Part shown: in pieces, positions 21,741 through 34,240 of the stretch
Numbering within the stretch: position 1 is the stretch's first letter
How the letters are laid out: each line of letters opens with the position of its first letter
From: Chlorokybus atmophyticus
Lineage: Eukaryota; Plantae; Mesostigma and Chlorokybus algae
DNA: 64,000 nt
Assembly: GCA_009103225.1 (NCBI GenBank)
Contig: RHPI01001052.1
Coordinates: forward strand, 1 to 64,000
Direction: 5' to 3'
Position numbers and translations under genes: made by a program
The notes under the pieces: model-generated
Told to the model about the DNA's origin: nothing
Databases searched by the model: none
The model's input: the letters and a program-made list of their open reading frames with translations, nothing else

Positions 21741-24700
21741 CATGGCAAAAGGCAAGTCAAAAAAGACATCTCAGGGCAATAAGAATCCCCCGCTTACCGC
21801 TACGCAAGTTGATAAATACAGAGCAAAAGGAGGATACAATTGACCCATAGGATGAGAATGAAGGGGCCATTCTCCTTGAGCTCACCAAGCAAGAACGCTT
21901 TCTCTGCAGTCAACCCTACTTTGTGGGGGAGGCGAAGCGTTTTGCAGGTGATGTACGAAGGCACATCCTTGTTGGTGAACAGTTCGACAAACTTGAACCC
22001 GCTAGACAGCAGCGCCTTATACTTCATGTAGAGAAGCGGTTGAAAGATGTTGAACTGCGAGCAACCCCATTGGAGTTGCCTGCAGACCCTGCTCAGATTG
22101 TGCATGTTGATGTCAATGAGCCTAGGGAGAAAACTACACAGCAACAACCTGCACCAGCAGCTACTCGCACCACTTTAGAGGGAGCTCAACTGAGCCAACC
22201 TTTTGTGTTGCAACCCACTGAGACCAGTGATGAATTCATTCAAAATTTACTGCGCGTCTTTTACGCTGCTTCCAAGGGCCCGCGTTGCGCATTCCAATCT
22301 TTGGCACATAATTGTCGTCATTAGAAAGCGTTGGCGCGAGGCATTACTTCTAGTTTGGAAAATGCAAAGCCATTGATTTCTCATCTGTCTCAGCAAGTGA
22401 CGGCCTTGCGCTCTACACCCGCCACAAGTAGTATGTCTGCCAGTGCCAAATTGGCATTGGTCAAGCCATCCAAGTTTGATCCCACTGACAGGAAGACTAC
22501 TGTGAAAAAGTGGATCGTGTCCATTACCAACTGGTTGTCCTTAGCCATGACATGTTAGAGGAGGACAAGTTCAACATTGTTCTCAATTTGGCACCAGCTA
22601 ATGAGAATGAGAAGGGAGAATGAGAAGGGCAGGTTTGCCAGTACCATGCAAGCCCTGCTGGACTACATGCGCAGTCACCAGAGTGTTGCGCCTTGGATGG
22701 AAACAGATGAGAAGTTGGCCCAACTTCGAATGGGCAACAAGAGTGCTGATGTGTATGCGCGCGAGTGGCGCCTGTTGGTGGATGAAGTCAAGGACCATTT
22801 TCGTACGATGCAGCTGCACAGATGCGCTCCTTTCGCAATGGATTGCGCAAGGATCTTGTCACCAGCTTGCAGCTGAGAGGGGACAACACTGTGTGGGGAC
22901 CTGGGGATCTTGATGAGTACATCAAGTTTGTCATCAGTCTCGACCACTCTCTGCAATCTACCAAAGCAACTCATCCTAAAGATACAGCTGCAGCATTAGT
23001 GCAAAAGAAGAGAGAGCACACGGACGGCAAACGTGGAGCACCTCAGCAGTCCAAGAGGTCCCGCTTTGATAAGCCAAAGGTGTCACGAATTGGGATAAAT
23101 TGTGACAGACCTCACTCATGGTAGTGTCTTTTACTACCATAGCCTAGCTGTCGGGCCCCAATTGTTACAATGGTAATGGAGCTTGACGTCTCAGGTTCAA
23201 TTCCCGTAGGGGACTGAGGCAGATCCAAGGCAAAAACATTTGGGGCGGCTTGCCCCAGGCTGGGCGCGGGATCACGACCTGCGCGCCGAGCCAATTCAAC
23301 CCAAGGCCGCGTGAGCGGTCGCGGCGCGATGGCAGGTCGCGTGGTGAGGATGGCCGTTCGGTCGGTTAGGACCGTTCGTGGGCCGGATCCAACAGGCCGC
23401 AGGCAGACCGATTGTGCTACGGTCGCAAACACGGCGACGTGGGCTAGCGCCTCATTAGATTATAAGGAACTCATGGGTTAAAACGGGGAGGAATGTCACG
23501 AATTGGGATAAATTGTCACAGACCTCACTCATGGTAGTGTCTTTTACTACCATAGCCTAGTGGTCGGGCCCCAATTGTTACAAAAGGTGACTTGTGCCTC
23601 TTGCAGGAAGCCTGATCACACGGCAGATCGTTGTTGGTGGCTGCACCCTGAGCTCAAGGCCTCTGCGTCTCAAAAGATGGGCAAGGGTATATGCCAGAAG
23701 ACTCAGCAGCAGCCGTAGGGATTAGCCATGGCCACTGTGCCAAGAGACGTTGGTTTGGACATTATATCTGTTTTACGTACACATGGTGTTACACATGCTT
23801 GGTTTGGTCATGATATGTTGCCTGTATTGCGACGTGATGAACCAGTGCATGATGCGCGTGTGTTACTTTCATGCAAACCAGCTAACTTACCAACTAATTC
23901 AGCAGAGTTTGCTATGTTTTAAAAACAGCATCCTGCTACCATAGGGTATGTCCTCATGCCATGCTATCATGGCTTATGGTTCAAATGGACATCACATGGA
24001 CATCTTGTGGCTAAGTTCAAGCGGACAACCGACATGCCTACTTCCATGAAGTTGGTGGTGCTTCCGCCGCATAGTGACCATGCGCTGGTGGCCGCATTTG
24101 ATGGTCATCGTATTCCCTTACTATAGACCTTTCAGGGTTCTTTAGCGGTTATCATGCTTCATATGTGTTGGACACCCCTGCTACACATAGCTTCATTAAT
24201 CATTCTTTAGTGAAACGCTTATCGTTAGCTTTGTCACCAGCAAACATGCTGTTGCATGCCGCAGGGCGTAACGCTTTGCTGCCTCTTTATGGCGTGGTCA
24301 ATGCACGCATGCGCATTGGTGCATATTCGGGCGTGTTTAAGCTGTTAGTCACAGATCTTGGGATTGATTACTGATGTCATACTGGGGCTTGATTGGCAAC
24401 AAGCTGTGCGTCTGACTCTAGACACATATGCGAAAACATGTTCTGTACGCAAAGGTAAGCGTAAAGTTACACTCACCACGCAATTGCGACGAACTTTGCC
24501 TGCAGAGCTTTTACATGCTCTGCAAGCCAAATGTGTGTGTCGCAAGCACAAATCAATGGCCTTTTGGGCTTATATACTTCTTCTTCCGATGCCAACAGCG
24601 CTGCCATAAATGGCATTCCTGAAATGCATTAAGTGGTGTCCACATTCAGCGATGTCTTTGCTGACGCTTTGCCGGAACTACCATTGGATAGAGGTATTGG

Positions 24701-27340
24701 TCATACCATTCCTTTGAAACCAGGATCTGCCCCTCCTTCACGACCTACCTATAGGTTAAGTCCTGTAGAGAGCCCATTCTCTTCATGAGAAAGAAAAATG
24801 GGAAGCTACGCATGTGTGTGGATCATTGTGCATTGAACAAGATCACGGTTAAAAATAGATACCCTTTACCACGCATTGATCACATGCTAGACTCATTATC
24901 GGGAGGAAGTGCTTTAGATCACTCAACTTGACTAGTGGTTATCATCAGATCCAGGTGCATCTTGATGTACATAAGCCTGCTTTTAAAACGCCGATTGGCC
25001 ATTATGAATGCAAGGTGTTGCCGTTTGGTTTGAACAACGCACCCGCAATCTTTCAAGTCGAGATGAATGCTGTGTTTGGCAACTTAAGCTTGCTTACCAA
25101 GCTTGCAAAGGTCTACCTGGATGACATCATTGTTCATAAAAATGATCTAGATGAACATCAACAACATGTGGCAATCGTCCTTGAGCGGTTGCGAAACACA
25201 AGTTGTTTGCCAACCTCAGCAAATGCAATATTAGTAAGCAAAAGTTGCCATACTTGGGGCACATTGTTGGTGCTGATGGCATGATCCTACTAAAGTTAAG
25301 GTCGTGGAAGATTGGCCTACGCCTCGCAATCAGCATGAGCTTATGTCATTTTTGGGCCTGGCTAACTACTTTTGACGTGTTATACTCGGTTACAGTTTAT
25401 TAACTTTGCCGTTGACGACATTGTTGCGGAAAGGACAATGCTTTACATGGGATGCAAAACACGTCGAATCCATGCGCCTGATCAAACGTGCACTAACATC
25501 AGCACCTGTACTGGCAATGCCGGATTGGAAGAAATTCACTGGGATAATTTATGCTTCCATGTTGGGGTGTGGGGCGGTGCTCATGCAAGATGATCGTGTG
25601 TGTGCGTATGAGTCTCGCAAGTTCATTCCGGCTGAGGTCAATTATACCACTACTGAGCAAGAACTATTGGGGGTGGTGCATGCACTAAAAACGTGGCGTT
25701 GCTATCTCGAGGGCGTACACTTTACAATGATTACATACCACAACCCTCTCGTGTTCTTTCAGACTCAGCCAATGCTTTCTCGTCGTCAGGCACGCTAGAG
25801 TGAGTTTTTATCTCGTTTTGATTGCGAAAGGTGCTATCGTCCTGATCATACGAATGTGGCGGATCCATTAAGCCGCATACCAGTGATAATCAACAGCATT
25901 CACGCATACATCATACATACATCATCGTTGTCGCTGTTACAGCGGACATATCATTCTCGTCACGTGTTAAGACGGGCTACAAGTGTGACTCTTGGTTTAA
26001 CAACCATGAACACGTGACGCGCTTTGCATTGCAGGATGGACTATGGTATAAGGGCAATGCTCTTGTCATACCTGATCAAGATGGCTTGCGCACTGAGTGT
26101 ATCACTACTGTGCATGACCCCCCGCATGCTGGTCATTTTGGGCGGTCCAAGACCACTGCTGCAACTCAACGACACTTTTATTGGCCCGGGTTGACAGTGG
26201 ATGTCGATCGAAATGTTGCAACATGCGATGCAGAATGTCAGCCTTTTACAGCCATTGCCTATCCCATTGCTTAATTGGGAGAGTGTCAGTATGGACCTCA
26301 CCACTGCCTGAGACTACCTCAGGTCATACAGCGATTGTGGTGTTTGTGGACCGTCTGACTAAGATGGTTCACCTAGCTCCTTGCCATACGGACACGGGTG
26401 CTCGGGAATTAGCTATGCTGTTCCTCTCCTCGGTGTTCCGTCTGCATGGTTTGCCACGCAACATGGTATCGGATAGAGATCCGAGATTTACATCGCAATT
26501 TTAAAAATCAGTGTGTGACTTCTTGTACATTGACCAACACATGAGCACTGCGTTTCATTTTCAGACGGATGGGCAAACTGAACGTGCCAACCAGATTGTG
26601 GAAGAGACTTTGCGACATTATGTTGCACCCGATCAAACCGATTGGGATGTCTACTTAGCAATGGCAGAATTTGCAATTAATAATGCTTGGCAAGCGAGCA
26701 TAAACGACACGCCCTTCTTTGTGAATTATGGCAAACACCCATTGGGGGTGGCTAATCTGAAGTTGCCACCATAGTTATAAGGTGCCAGCTGCACGCGATC
26801 TTACACTTGATTTGCAATCACGCACGCAACGAGCACGTGAGTGCATGCGTGCGGCGCAAAATTGATACAAAGTGTATGCTGATAAGCATTGGCGCAATGT
26901 AGAGTTTAACATTGGTGACATGGTGTTGCTAAACACCAAGAACTTGTCACTCAAAGCAAAGGGTACCCGCAAACTCATGCCACGCTTTGTAGGACCGTTT
27001 GCAGTACGCGAGCGAGTTGGCAAACTTGCATACCGATTGGAGTTGCCAGCATCGATGGGAAAGATACATGATGTATTTTCTGTGAGCCTCCTTGCAGCCT
27101 ATTGTGCTGATGGACGGACTCAACCACCACCTCCTACTGTTGTCGTGGATGACAGTGCGGGCCCGGAATATGAGGTGGAGAGAATATACTTGATCATGAA
27201 AAGGATAAGCGTGGACGCACCTCTTATCTAGTCAAGTGGAAAGGGTATGGTGTTGAGCACAACACGTGGGAGCCCGAAAGGAACTTGACAAACTGCCAGC
27301 AGGTTCTTCAGGATTACAACTCTCGCTACCTCTGACAACG
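21741..27340 (+). pseudogene. Decayed gag-pol of element D
   Basis: CCHC knuckle CASCRKPDHTADRC, YLDDII, YESRKF...[20 protein letters not shown] and chromodomain KWKGYGVEHNTWEP. Many stops and frameshifts. Confidence 0.9.
23081..23582 (+). mobile_element. TRIM 'F' (89-bp LTRs, non-coding)
   Basis: LTRs at 23081-23169 and 23494-23582 (3 differences). TSD AAAGG, degenerate PBS TGGTAATGGAGC at 23171-23182, PPT GGGGAGGAA ending at 23493. Confidence 0.93.
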
Positions 27341-28236
27341 GAGGAAGATGTGGGCTTAGCCGAGGTCGTGTAGCAATATAGCTTATGCCACGTAGGGTAT
27401 AGTATTGCATGTCACAAAAGCGAAAAATGCAAGACACACAAGCACAGAAGCATAAGCAGGCAAGCAATATGTTTAGCTTAAACATATCTCAAACATATTT
27501 TTAAAGACCACCACACCACCACATGTAGTGTGGTGCTATATATGCGGTTGTCATGTGTGTTTTGGCGATAGCGGATGACAATTGAACACTTGCATGTGTA
27601 TCGTTTAAGAGAGCCTCTTCAAGGAAGTTTCTAAGAGGGCTTCAACTCTTGCATGCCATTCCGTTATGAGGCCTAGCGCACTGCTACATATTGACACTCA
27701 TGTTGCGCATTATGCAATACAGTCTCAAACCTCAATGGCCCTACCTGTACTCCCGGGTCATTATGCATGGTCTTTGTCACGCCCGCGCTGCGCAATGTAG
27801 CTTCAGACCTTCCGATCACAAAAACGGACGCGATGCTCGCATAAAGTGCAGTGCACGAGCGTTGCAAGCAAGCACGAGCGGTGATCAATTGTGGACCAAA
27901 GTGCATGCCTTATATAGGCATGCACATGCGTATAAGGTTTAAGTCGTAAGGTTTAAAGTGGCAACCACATCACACAAACAGCAGCACCACAAGCAACAAG
28001 CAGACTAGGCAAGGGCACATGTAGAGGTGTATGTGGCCGTGGACATGCGTGTGCCGCGCGTTACGTAACGGAGCCAGACGGGTCGATATGTGATGCATAA
28101 GAATATAAAAAGCCATAATTACAACCATGGTCTTTTGTGGCTTAAAGAGCCGGACTCTTTTTGTAACACCGTGTGCGTTGTGTGCGAAGTCTCTGTGTAG
28201 TCGTAAATATGACGCATACGCGCGTGTCCATTTATA

Positions 28237-28446
28237 CCGTAATGCCATGGACTATCCGACACTTTTTTTCAATTCATCTACGACAGCTTTTGTTAAAACC
28301 CCTGTGAACCTATAACATGCATTGTATTTGGGTTATGGTTACCTGTTGTTAAAGGATTGCATGATGCCCCCCGTTGGCCATTGGGGTTTTATTTTTCACC
28401 GACCAATTTGTATTGTTGAAATGACGAATAGTCCGTGGCACTACGA
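28237..28446. mobile_element. Putative Tc1/mariner-type MITE (210 bp)
   Basis: Imperfect ~30-bp terminal inverted repeats CCGTAATGCCATGGACTATCCGAC / rc TCGTAGTGCCACGGACTATTCGTC. TA on the left side, degenerate (TG) on the right. Confidence 0.6.
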
Positions 28447-29923
28447 TGAATGGTAATCATTGAACATGATGCGACTGCTTTTTTGCAACGCCCAAATACG
28501 CAAAAGTCATACTCCGGTATTTCTTTTTATGGTAGACTCAGTCTACCAGAGGTAGGCTACCTCTGATGGACTTTAAATATGTGGTTATCTGTAGTGTTAT
28601 CACAAAACATATGTATTTAACGATGATCCATATAGTTAGCCGGCCCGGGGCGGCATGCGCGACATACATGTGGATGGCATGAGGCACACCGGTGGCGTCG
28701 TCATGCCATGAGCGGATCTTTCCGAAAGACTCGGGAAGAGTACTCTCGCATTATGACGCTCAAGCTCCTCAAAGTTGTTTAACCCTTTATCAAGCTGCGC
28801 ATGCTTAGTTGAACACAATTTTGATCATAGTTTTTTACGCTTTAAACAGCTTTACACGACACATTGTGGGTTGGCATAGAGCAGGCTTTTGCTTATGAAC
28901 ATGTCAGTTTTTCGTTGCATTGCAATTTGTTGATGGATTAGATGAAAGAGGTGAGCAAGTGTTTGCATCCCGTATGATATGTGATGTACCATTGCAAGTT
29001 GTCAATGTTCCAACAAATTCAAGACAAGTATGCTTCGATTATTAAATGTGGTGTACATGTGTAGTTTAAGACCGGTCAGATCAAGTTGATGATAATTATT
29101 GCGGAATGATCAATGATTCAAAGGTGTGTTGTTGCTCCAAGGATGGAGTTGGAAGTTTCATATGCGGGGCATGTGGTGACATGTTCCAATGGATTAGCAC
29201 CCGCTGACAATGCGGTTTCCCTACACACAATAAGTTAATATGTGTGGCAATTAAGGAGCAGCAAGTGGTATAAAGAATATATATACACATATTTATAGCG
29301 GCTAAAGTGTAGCCTCGTCGGCATGTGCGTGTGCTTTGCTGATGGGCCACTCGTGAAAGGGTGCCTGACCATAAGACGTTAAAAAGGCTTTGCTATTGTG
29401 GGAGGTAGTGCGCTCGCGTATGCGTGTGTACATAAATGTGCATAGGCGGCGGCCCGAAAGGGGGCGGGAGGAATCAAGCTCATGAGTTTGAAGATGAGGT
29501 GATCATCCTCTCCTTCTTGGTTGAGGTGCAATTCGGTTCCTCACAAACAAGGTGTTGCAGGTCTTTTTGCTCGTGCATAGGGTTAACAAGCCGTTTCGCA
29601 TACAGAATGGAGTGAACATTTTATATCTGTGTGCTTGCTCATGGGTGTGTAAACGTATGAGGGATGTGTGCACGTGCACGATATTGTCTTGTGTATATCA
29701 TAATTGGACATATGCATATTACATCGTATACATTTACGATAATACTAGCAACATGCATTTAATCCATTGTCATTTGTGCATGTAATCGCCAAGCATAAAG
29801 ATTGTGACGGTATCGCACACGACGGCGGACAGCTCCATGTAAGCGGGATATGCATGATAAGGAGAGCTTAACACAATCATATGCATTGTTATGCTAGATC
29901 TGCTTTCGTGCGTCAACTTGAAA

Positions 29924-30199
29924 GCATGTACAATGTGCTTCATTGCAATCTGCCTTACTTGCCTTTGCCTTGCTTGTTGCTGCATTACATTTAGACGCAA
30001 CGCATCCAAGGGTTTATTTATAATAATAACTTCATGTTCTTGGTCAATTAAGAGCGTCAATGCATGTACAATGTGCTTCGATACAATCTGCCTTAGTTGC
30101 ATTTGCCTTGCTTGTTGCTGCGTTACAATCAGACCCAAAAGTTTAAAGGTTTTATTTATAATAATAACTTCAAGTCATTGGTCAATCAAGAGCGTGTAA
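29924..30199. repeat. Two-copy tandem repeat, 138-bp period
   Basis: GCATGTACAATGTGCTT at 29924 and 30062, with similar downstream sequence. Confidence 0.8.
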
Positions 30200-31318
30200 G
30201 AATGAATTGGAGCAATTATTATAATTTTATCATTGCGCATGTTGTATGTTGCATTTTTGATCCTTGTTGCTTTTAAAGCATAGAACGTGTATATCAAGTA
30301 TATTCAACATCTTATTGCAAAGTTTGAAGCGATGATGTGCACGTCTCTTCGCACGCATTGCATGTGAGTATCAAATTGACACCCTAAGCCACACTATGAC
30401 TCTTCAATACTAGTGTCGTATGTTCAACTAATGGCATAGGAACATTAGTGTTCCTACCCTAGTAGGAGAGTACCCTAGTAGGTGTGAATCTCACACCTAC
30501 TACACCCTAAAACATCATGATTCATACAGTATGATTCAGAATCATACTACTACCGGTAGTGAAGTGAAGACTCACAGGTATCTAACTCCGAGCGGTGTGG
30601 ACCACTTGGAGCCGCCACTTCCCATCTCATTTGGCACGCAGCCGATCAATGACGCACGATCGCCGCATCTCATTTAGCCAGCCCCCTCGACATGGATCCG
30701 TACAATCCTAGGTCGAGAGGCCTGTGGCTACTGGCCATACTGTGGCTGCTAGCTCTGTGGCTGCTAGCCACTGGTCAGTGATGGACCTTTGTTTGGAGTC
30801 TATTGCGCAGATGTTTTCGATTTGATTTCAAAAGTTGCCGTCTGACTCTGCTGCGTGCCACTTCGGCAGTCTCAGCGCGATTTCTGCCATGTCAGCTCGA
30901 ACCGCGGTCGGCGCGGTCGACCGTCACGCGACTCCGACGGTCAGATTATAAGCGGGGTTTTACACACCCGTTAACTGAGAATGGGGGAACTTGCCTGGCA
31001 AGCATTGCCAGCGTGGGCAGCGCGCCGGCTAATGCTTGACCGAGACGCAACTGAGGTAGGTTATGTTATTCCTTCAATTGTGTCCGGAGTCTACGAAACC
31101 CTAACGGCAGCATTGCTGGCAAGGCGGATTGAGCTCAGGGCGGCGGTGGCAGTGGAGGTGCAGGAGGCGGCGGCGGCGGCGGAGGAGAAGCAGGACGACG
31201 ATCGCCAGGCGTTGGCTGCGGTTTAGCATTGCTTAAGGCGGTGCAGGTCTGTGAGACAATCTGTGTCAGAGGCGGTGGGGGTGGTGGTGGGTGACCAGAC
31301 CGGCGGGTATGCGCGAGA

Positions 31319-33014
31319 ATGCCGACGCCCCCTGTCCGGGTGCTGCACAGCAGTGAAGCCCTGGTGTGCGTGGCCTGGGCGGTAGCGTGCGTTGCTGCCG
31401 TCGGTTTGTCATTTCGCCTCTGCTTGGGCGGGCGCAGGCGGAGGCTCGCCCTGCTGAGGGAATTCAACGAAGTATGGGCCGCCCGCCTGGCACTTGTAGT
31501 CTGCGCCATCGCCCTTGTCGTCCTCCAGATCCTCCGGATGTCTGGTCTTTGGGTCCCAGGAGGCAAAGGAGCTATCGCGCAGATACCCACGATGGGGCAA
31601 GTAGCATTGTGCAAGGTGAGGTTTGTAGCTTTTGCAGTGAAGTCATGGGTGCATGCGCTACTTTCAGGAAATGTAGGCACAAGCTTGGTCGCTTTGCTAC
31701 TCTTACAGTCCACGATTGGTTCGCAAAGGCATTCGTGTTATTTTTCCTCTGGAAAAGTCATTGTGCACATTGGCACAATCCTGTAGTCGCATGCACCAAC
31801 AACTCAGTTGATTTAGCGTTGTAGCGTACTCGTGGGTCAAGTCACTATTGTCGCACTCGACTTGGGACGGGATTAGGGTTGCTGGCGGGGTTGGACAGTT
31901 GTGATTGAGTCACTTGTTGTTATAAGTCATCCAAGGTTGGTGCAAAAATGAAGAATAACTTGATTCGGCCAGCAGTTGAGTATGCGGCTTGCAGAGAGTC
32001 TTGTTGTGCTCCTGTGCACCGCAGTACGTCTTATTCTCAGCTGGCTGCAGGTGTATGCTGTTGCAGCACAAGGGGCAGCTTTGCCTCTGTTTTGCCTGCT
32101 GTCACTGTTCTTGCTGCTCCGGTCGCTCCGGTCGTGGCCCGTGCACATTGAGCGCTTTCCAAACCTCCAAGTCCTAGTGGTTTCTGTATTGGCCGCAGGA
32201 CCCGTTGTCCTGCCTATCACTCTACTTGTGTTCCACGCAAGTTTTGCCTTCCAGACTGATGCCTGCAGCAACACCCTCGCCCACAACTTCTTTGACGCCT
32301 ATGATGTAAGCAGCTGACTTGACTTTGGCCCTGTTTATTTCAAATGTTCTAGGGTTGGGACAAATATTGTCTGATTTGGCGAGCGTCCCTGACTTGAGTG
32401 TTGTCCCCCAGAAAACCGACTGCACCAATGTAAACACAGGCACGCAGTCACCGCCATCATGCGACCAAAGGCAGTGCGCCTATTGCGTCTACCCCCTGGC
32501 GAATACATTAATCCTGGCAGTGTTTGTGCTATCATTCCTCGTTGTGTTCAACTACACATGCTCAAAGTTGGCTCAAGCGATCATCAACAAGCACCTTCTC
32601 GGGCGACTGCGCACGCTGCAGAGTGTGTACAGCGTCTGCTTGCCATCTGCCATCGGTGTCATGGCGTTGTCTACAATCTGGAACCCGCTTGTTTGGGCTT
32701 TTGAGCTTCTGTTCCTCGCGTATGTTGTCCTGGTGATCATACTCGCCACAGTTGGAGTTTGGATTTTAGGCATTGTACCTATCTACGACGCCACTAACGT
32801 GGTTGCAAGTAGTATAGAGGTAGCCAAGTCACCCAATGCACGCGCGTCACTATTTCCCGAAAAGCAGCCGGATGAGAGCTTGAAGAGCATCTCATCAAGC
32901 GGAGGATACTTGTCCAATGCAGAAGATGGCGGTTTGCCATTTGTCAAAGGGCAGCCAATGTACAGTCCGCAAATTATAAGGACTGTTGGGTTTGCATACC
33001 ATCCGTCGGTGTAG
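31319..33014 (+). CDS. Multi-pass membrane protein resembling an uncharacterised plant family (often annotated THH1/TOM1/TOM3-like); exons 31319-31615, 32051-32305, 32412-33014
   Basis: GT-AG phase-0 introns give a continuous frame with several hydrophobic helices. EFNEVWAARL, CK-VYAV, C.YPL and IINKHL..RL motifs recall the plant family (from memory). The true start could be further upstream. Confidence 0.7.
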
Positions 33015-33871
33015 TTTATTATGTTTTCATAGCTTTGCCTACCTGTGTTGGCAGATCTGGCCACGGGTATTGTATGCTAATGTGAAGCAATTGCAACCGG
33101 TTGTTGCTGCATATGCCATTTGTATGCACAATCCCTGCCAGGTTTGCTGTCAGTAGCAGCCAAGCATGCAGCTGGCAGAGGAAAGTTGGGTTAGTGGTCT
33201 CCTGCAAAGTAGAGAATGATGCAGACTGCAGGATAAGCGCGAGGCTGTTTAGCACGTGCATTCTAACACCATGCATCATGTAGTGTACAAAGAGGGTAAG
33301 CTGGTATGAGTGCATACAAGGTATCATGCCGTGTATGCGAGATAGTATGCTGCATTTGTACAAGATAAGCGCCAGGCTGATATCAACATGCATTTCAACG
33401 CCATACATCACATGCAATCCCATTGTACCTAGATTTGCATTGTCTTTTACACTTTCTCTCATATCGTATACAATTCAGCATTGCATACTTTGTACATCAC
33501 ATGCAACACACCACACGCACCTTAATGCCGCATGCACAACCATCGGGCTAACTATGTTGTCTATATTGTCTACTCCACCTCTGCTCCTACCGCCCCCATG
33601 TTGGTCATGCAGTACACAACAGATGGATTGGGGCCAATCCGTCAAGCAAGCAAGCACAACACAGCAAACTTTGATAATACAGCACAGCAAGGCAAAAACG
33701 GGGTGGTGGGCCCCACTAAGCTATAGCCAAGTGCACTAGCTATAGATCGGGGGAGGAGTGTGAGCAGAGGGAAGGGGGAAGGGGCAGCAGCAAGCAGCAA
33801 AGGAAGCACCTGCAGAGCACCGCGGGGGGCCGGGGGGGTGGCGAGGGGCGGGGGGGGGGGGGGGGGGGGGG

Positions 33872-33969
33872 NNNNNNNNNNNNNNNNNNNNNNNNNNNNN
33901 NNNNNNNNNNNNNNNNNNNNNNNNNNNNNNNNNNNNNNNNNNNNNNNNNNNNNNNNNNNNNNNNNNNNN
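33872..33969. other. Assembly gap (N) between G runs
   Basis: N run. Confidence 1.
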
Positions 33970-34240
33970 GGGGGGGGGGGGGGGGGGGGAGAAGGAGAAG
34001 TTAGCCATCCACCGCCGCCGCCACCCACAACGACGACTTTGCAATTGCTTATGCCCCTAAGGGTTTGAGCGGCTGACCACGCTCTTATCGTCTGCGCGTG
34101 AGTCACTCACAACAGGCAGTAGTCAGGGTTAGTAGTTAAACGCGCCTTGCGAATATAGCAAAGACGCACACAGCAGGGCATTTTCGCAGTGCACATGGAA
34201 TTGCTAGGAGCTGTGCATTTACTCGACATATATGCGGGTA
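33970..34240. repeat. Direct repeat copy 1 (candidate Penelope pseudo-LTR or separate short repeat)
   Basis: Clearly similar, diverged copy at 39017-39285. Both begin with a G run at a gap edge. Confidence 0.7.

Larger units (their letters stand above)
12997..27340 (+). mobile_element. Old degenerate chromovirus 'D' (5' LTR split into 12997-13314, 20335-20345, 20840-21006; no 3' LTR seen)
   Basis: LTR end ...TTTACA at 21006 plus PBS TGGTATCGGAGC at 21009-21020. Decayed gag and pol follow. The leftward LTR extent is inferred by removing C and the solo LTR via their TSDs. Confidence 0.75.

Noticed and set aside
23133-23215. tRNA gene or 5S (Cassandra-type) sequence in TRIM F
   Set aside because: No cloverleaf can be built, the T-stem pairs poorly, and I see no 5S similarity. 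Only the promoter boxes match.
28630-29880. Helitron or KDZ transposase remnants
   Set aside because: Translations gave only vague resemblances and no diagnostic motif.
34040-34110. Hammerhead ribozyme in the PLE-flanking repeats
   Set aside because: Two adjacent stems are present on the minus strand, but the CUGANGA, GAAA and UH core bases do not match in either copy.
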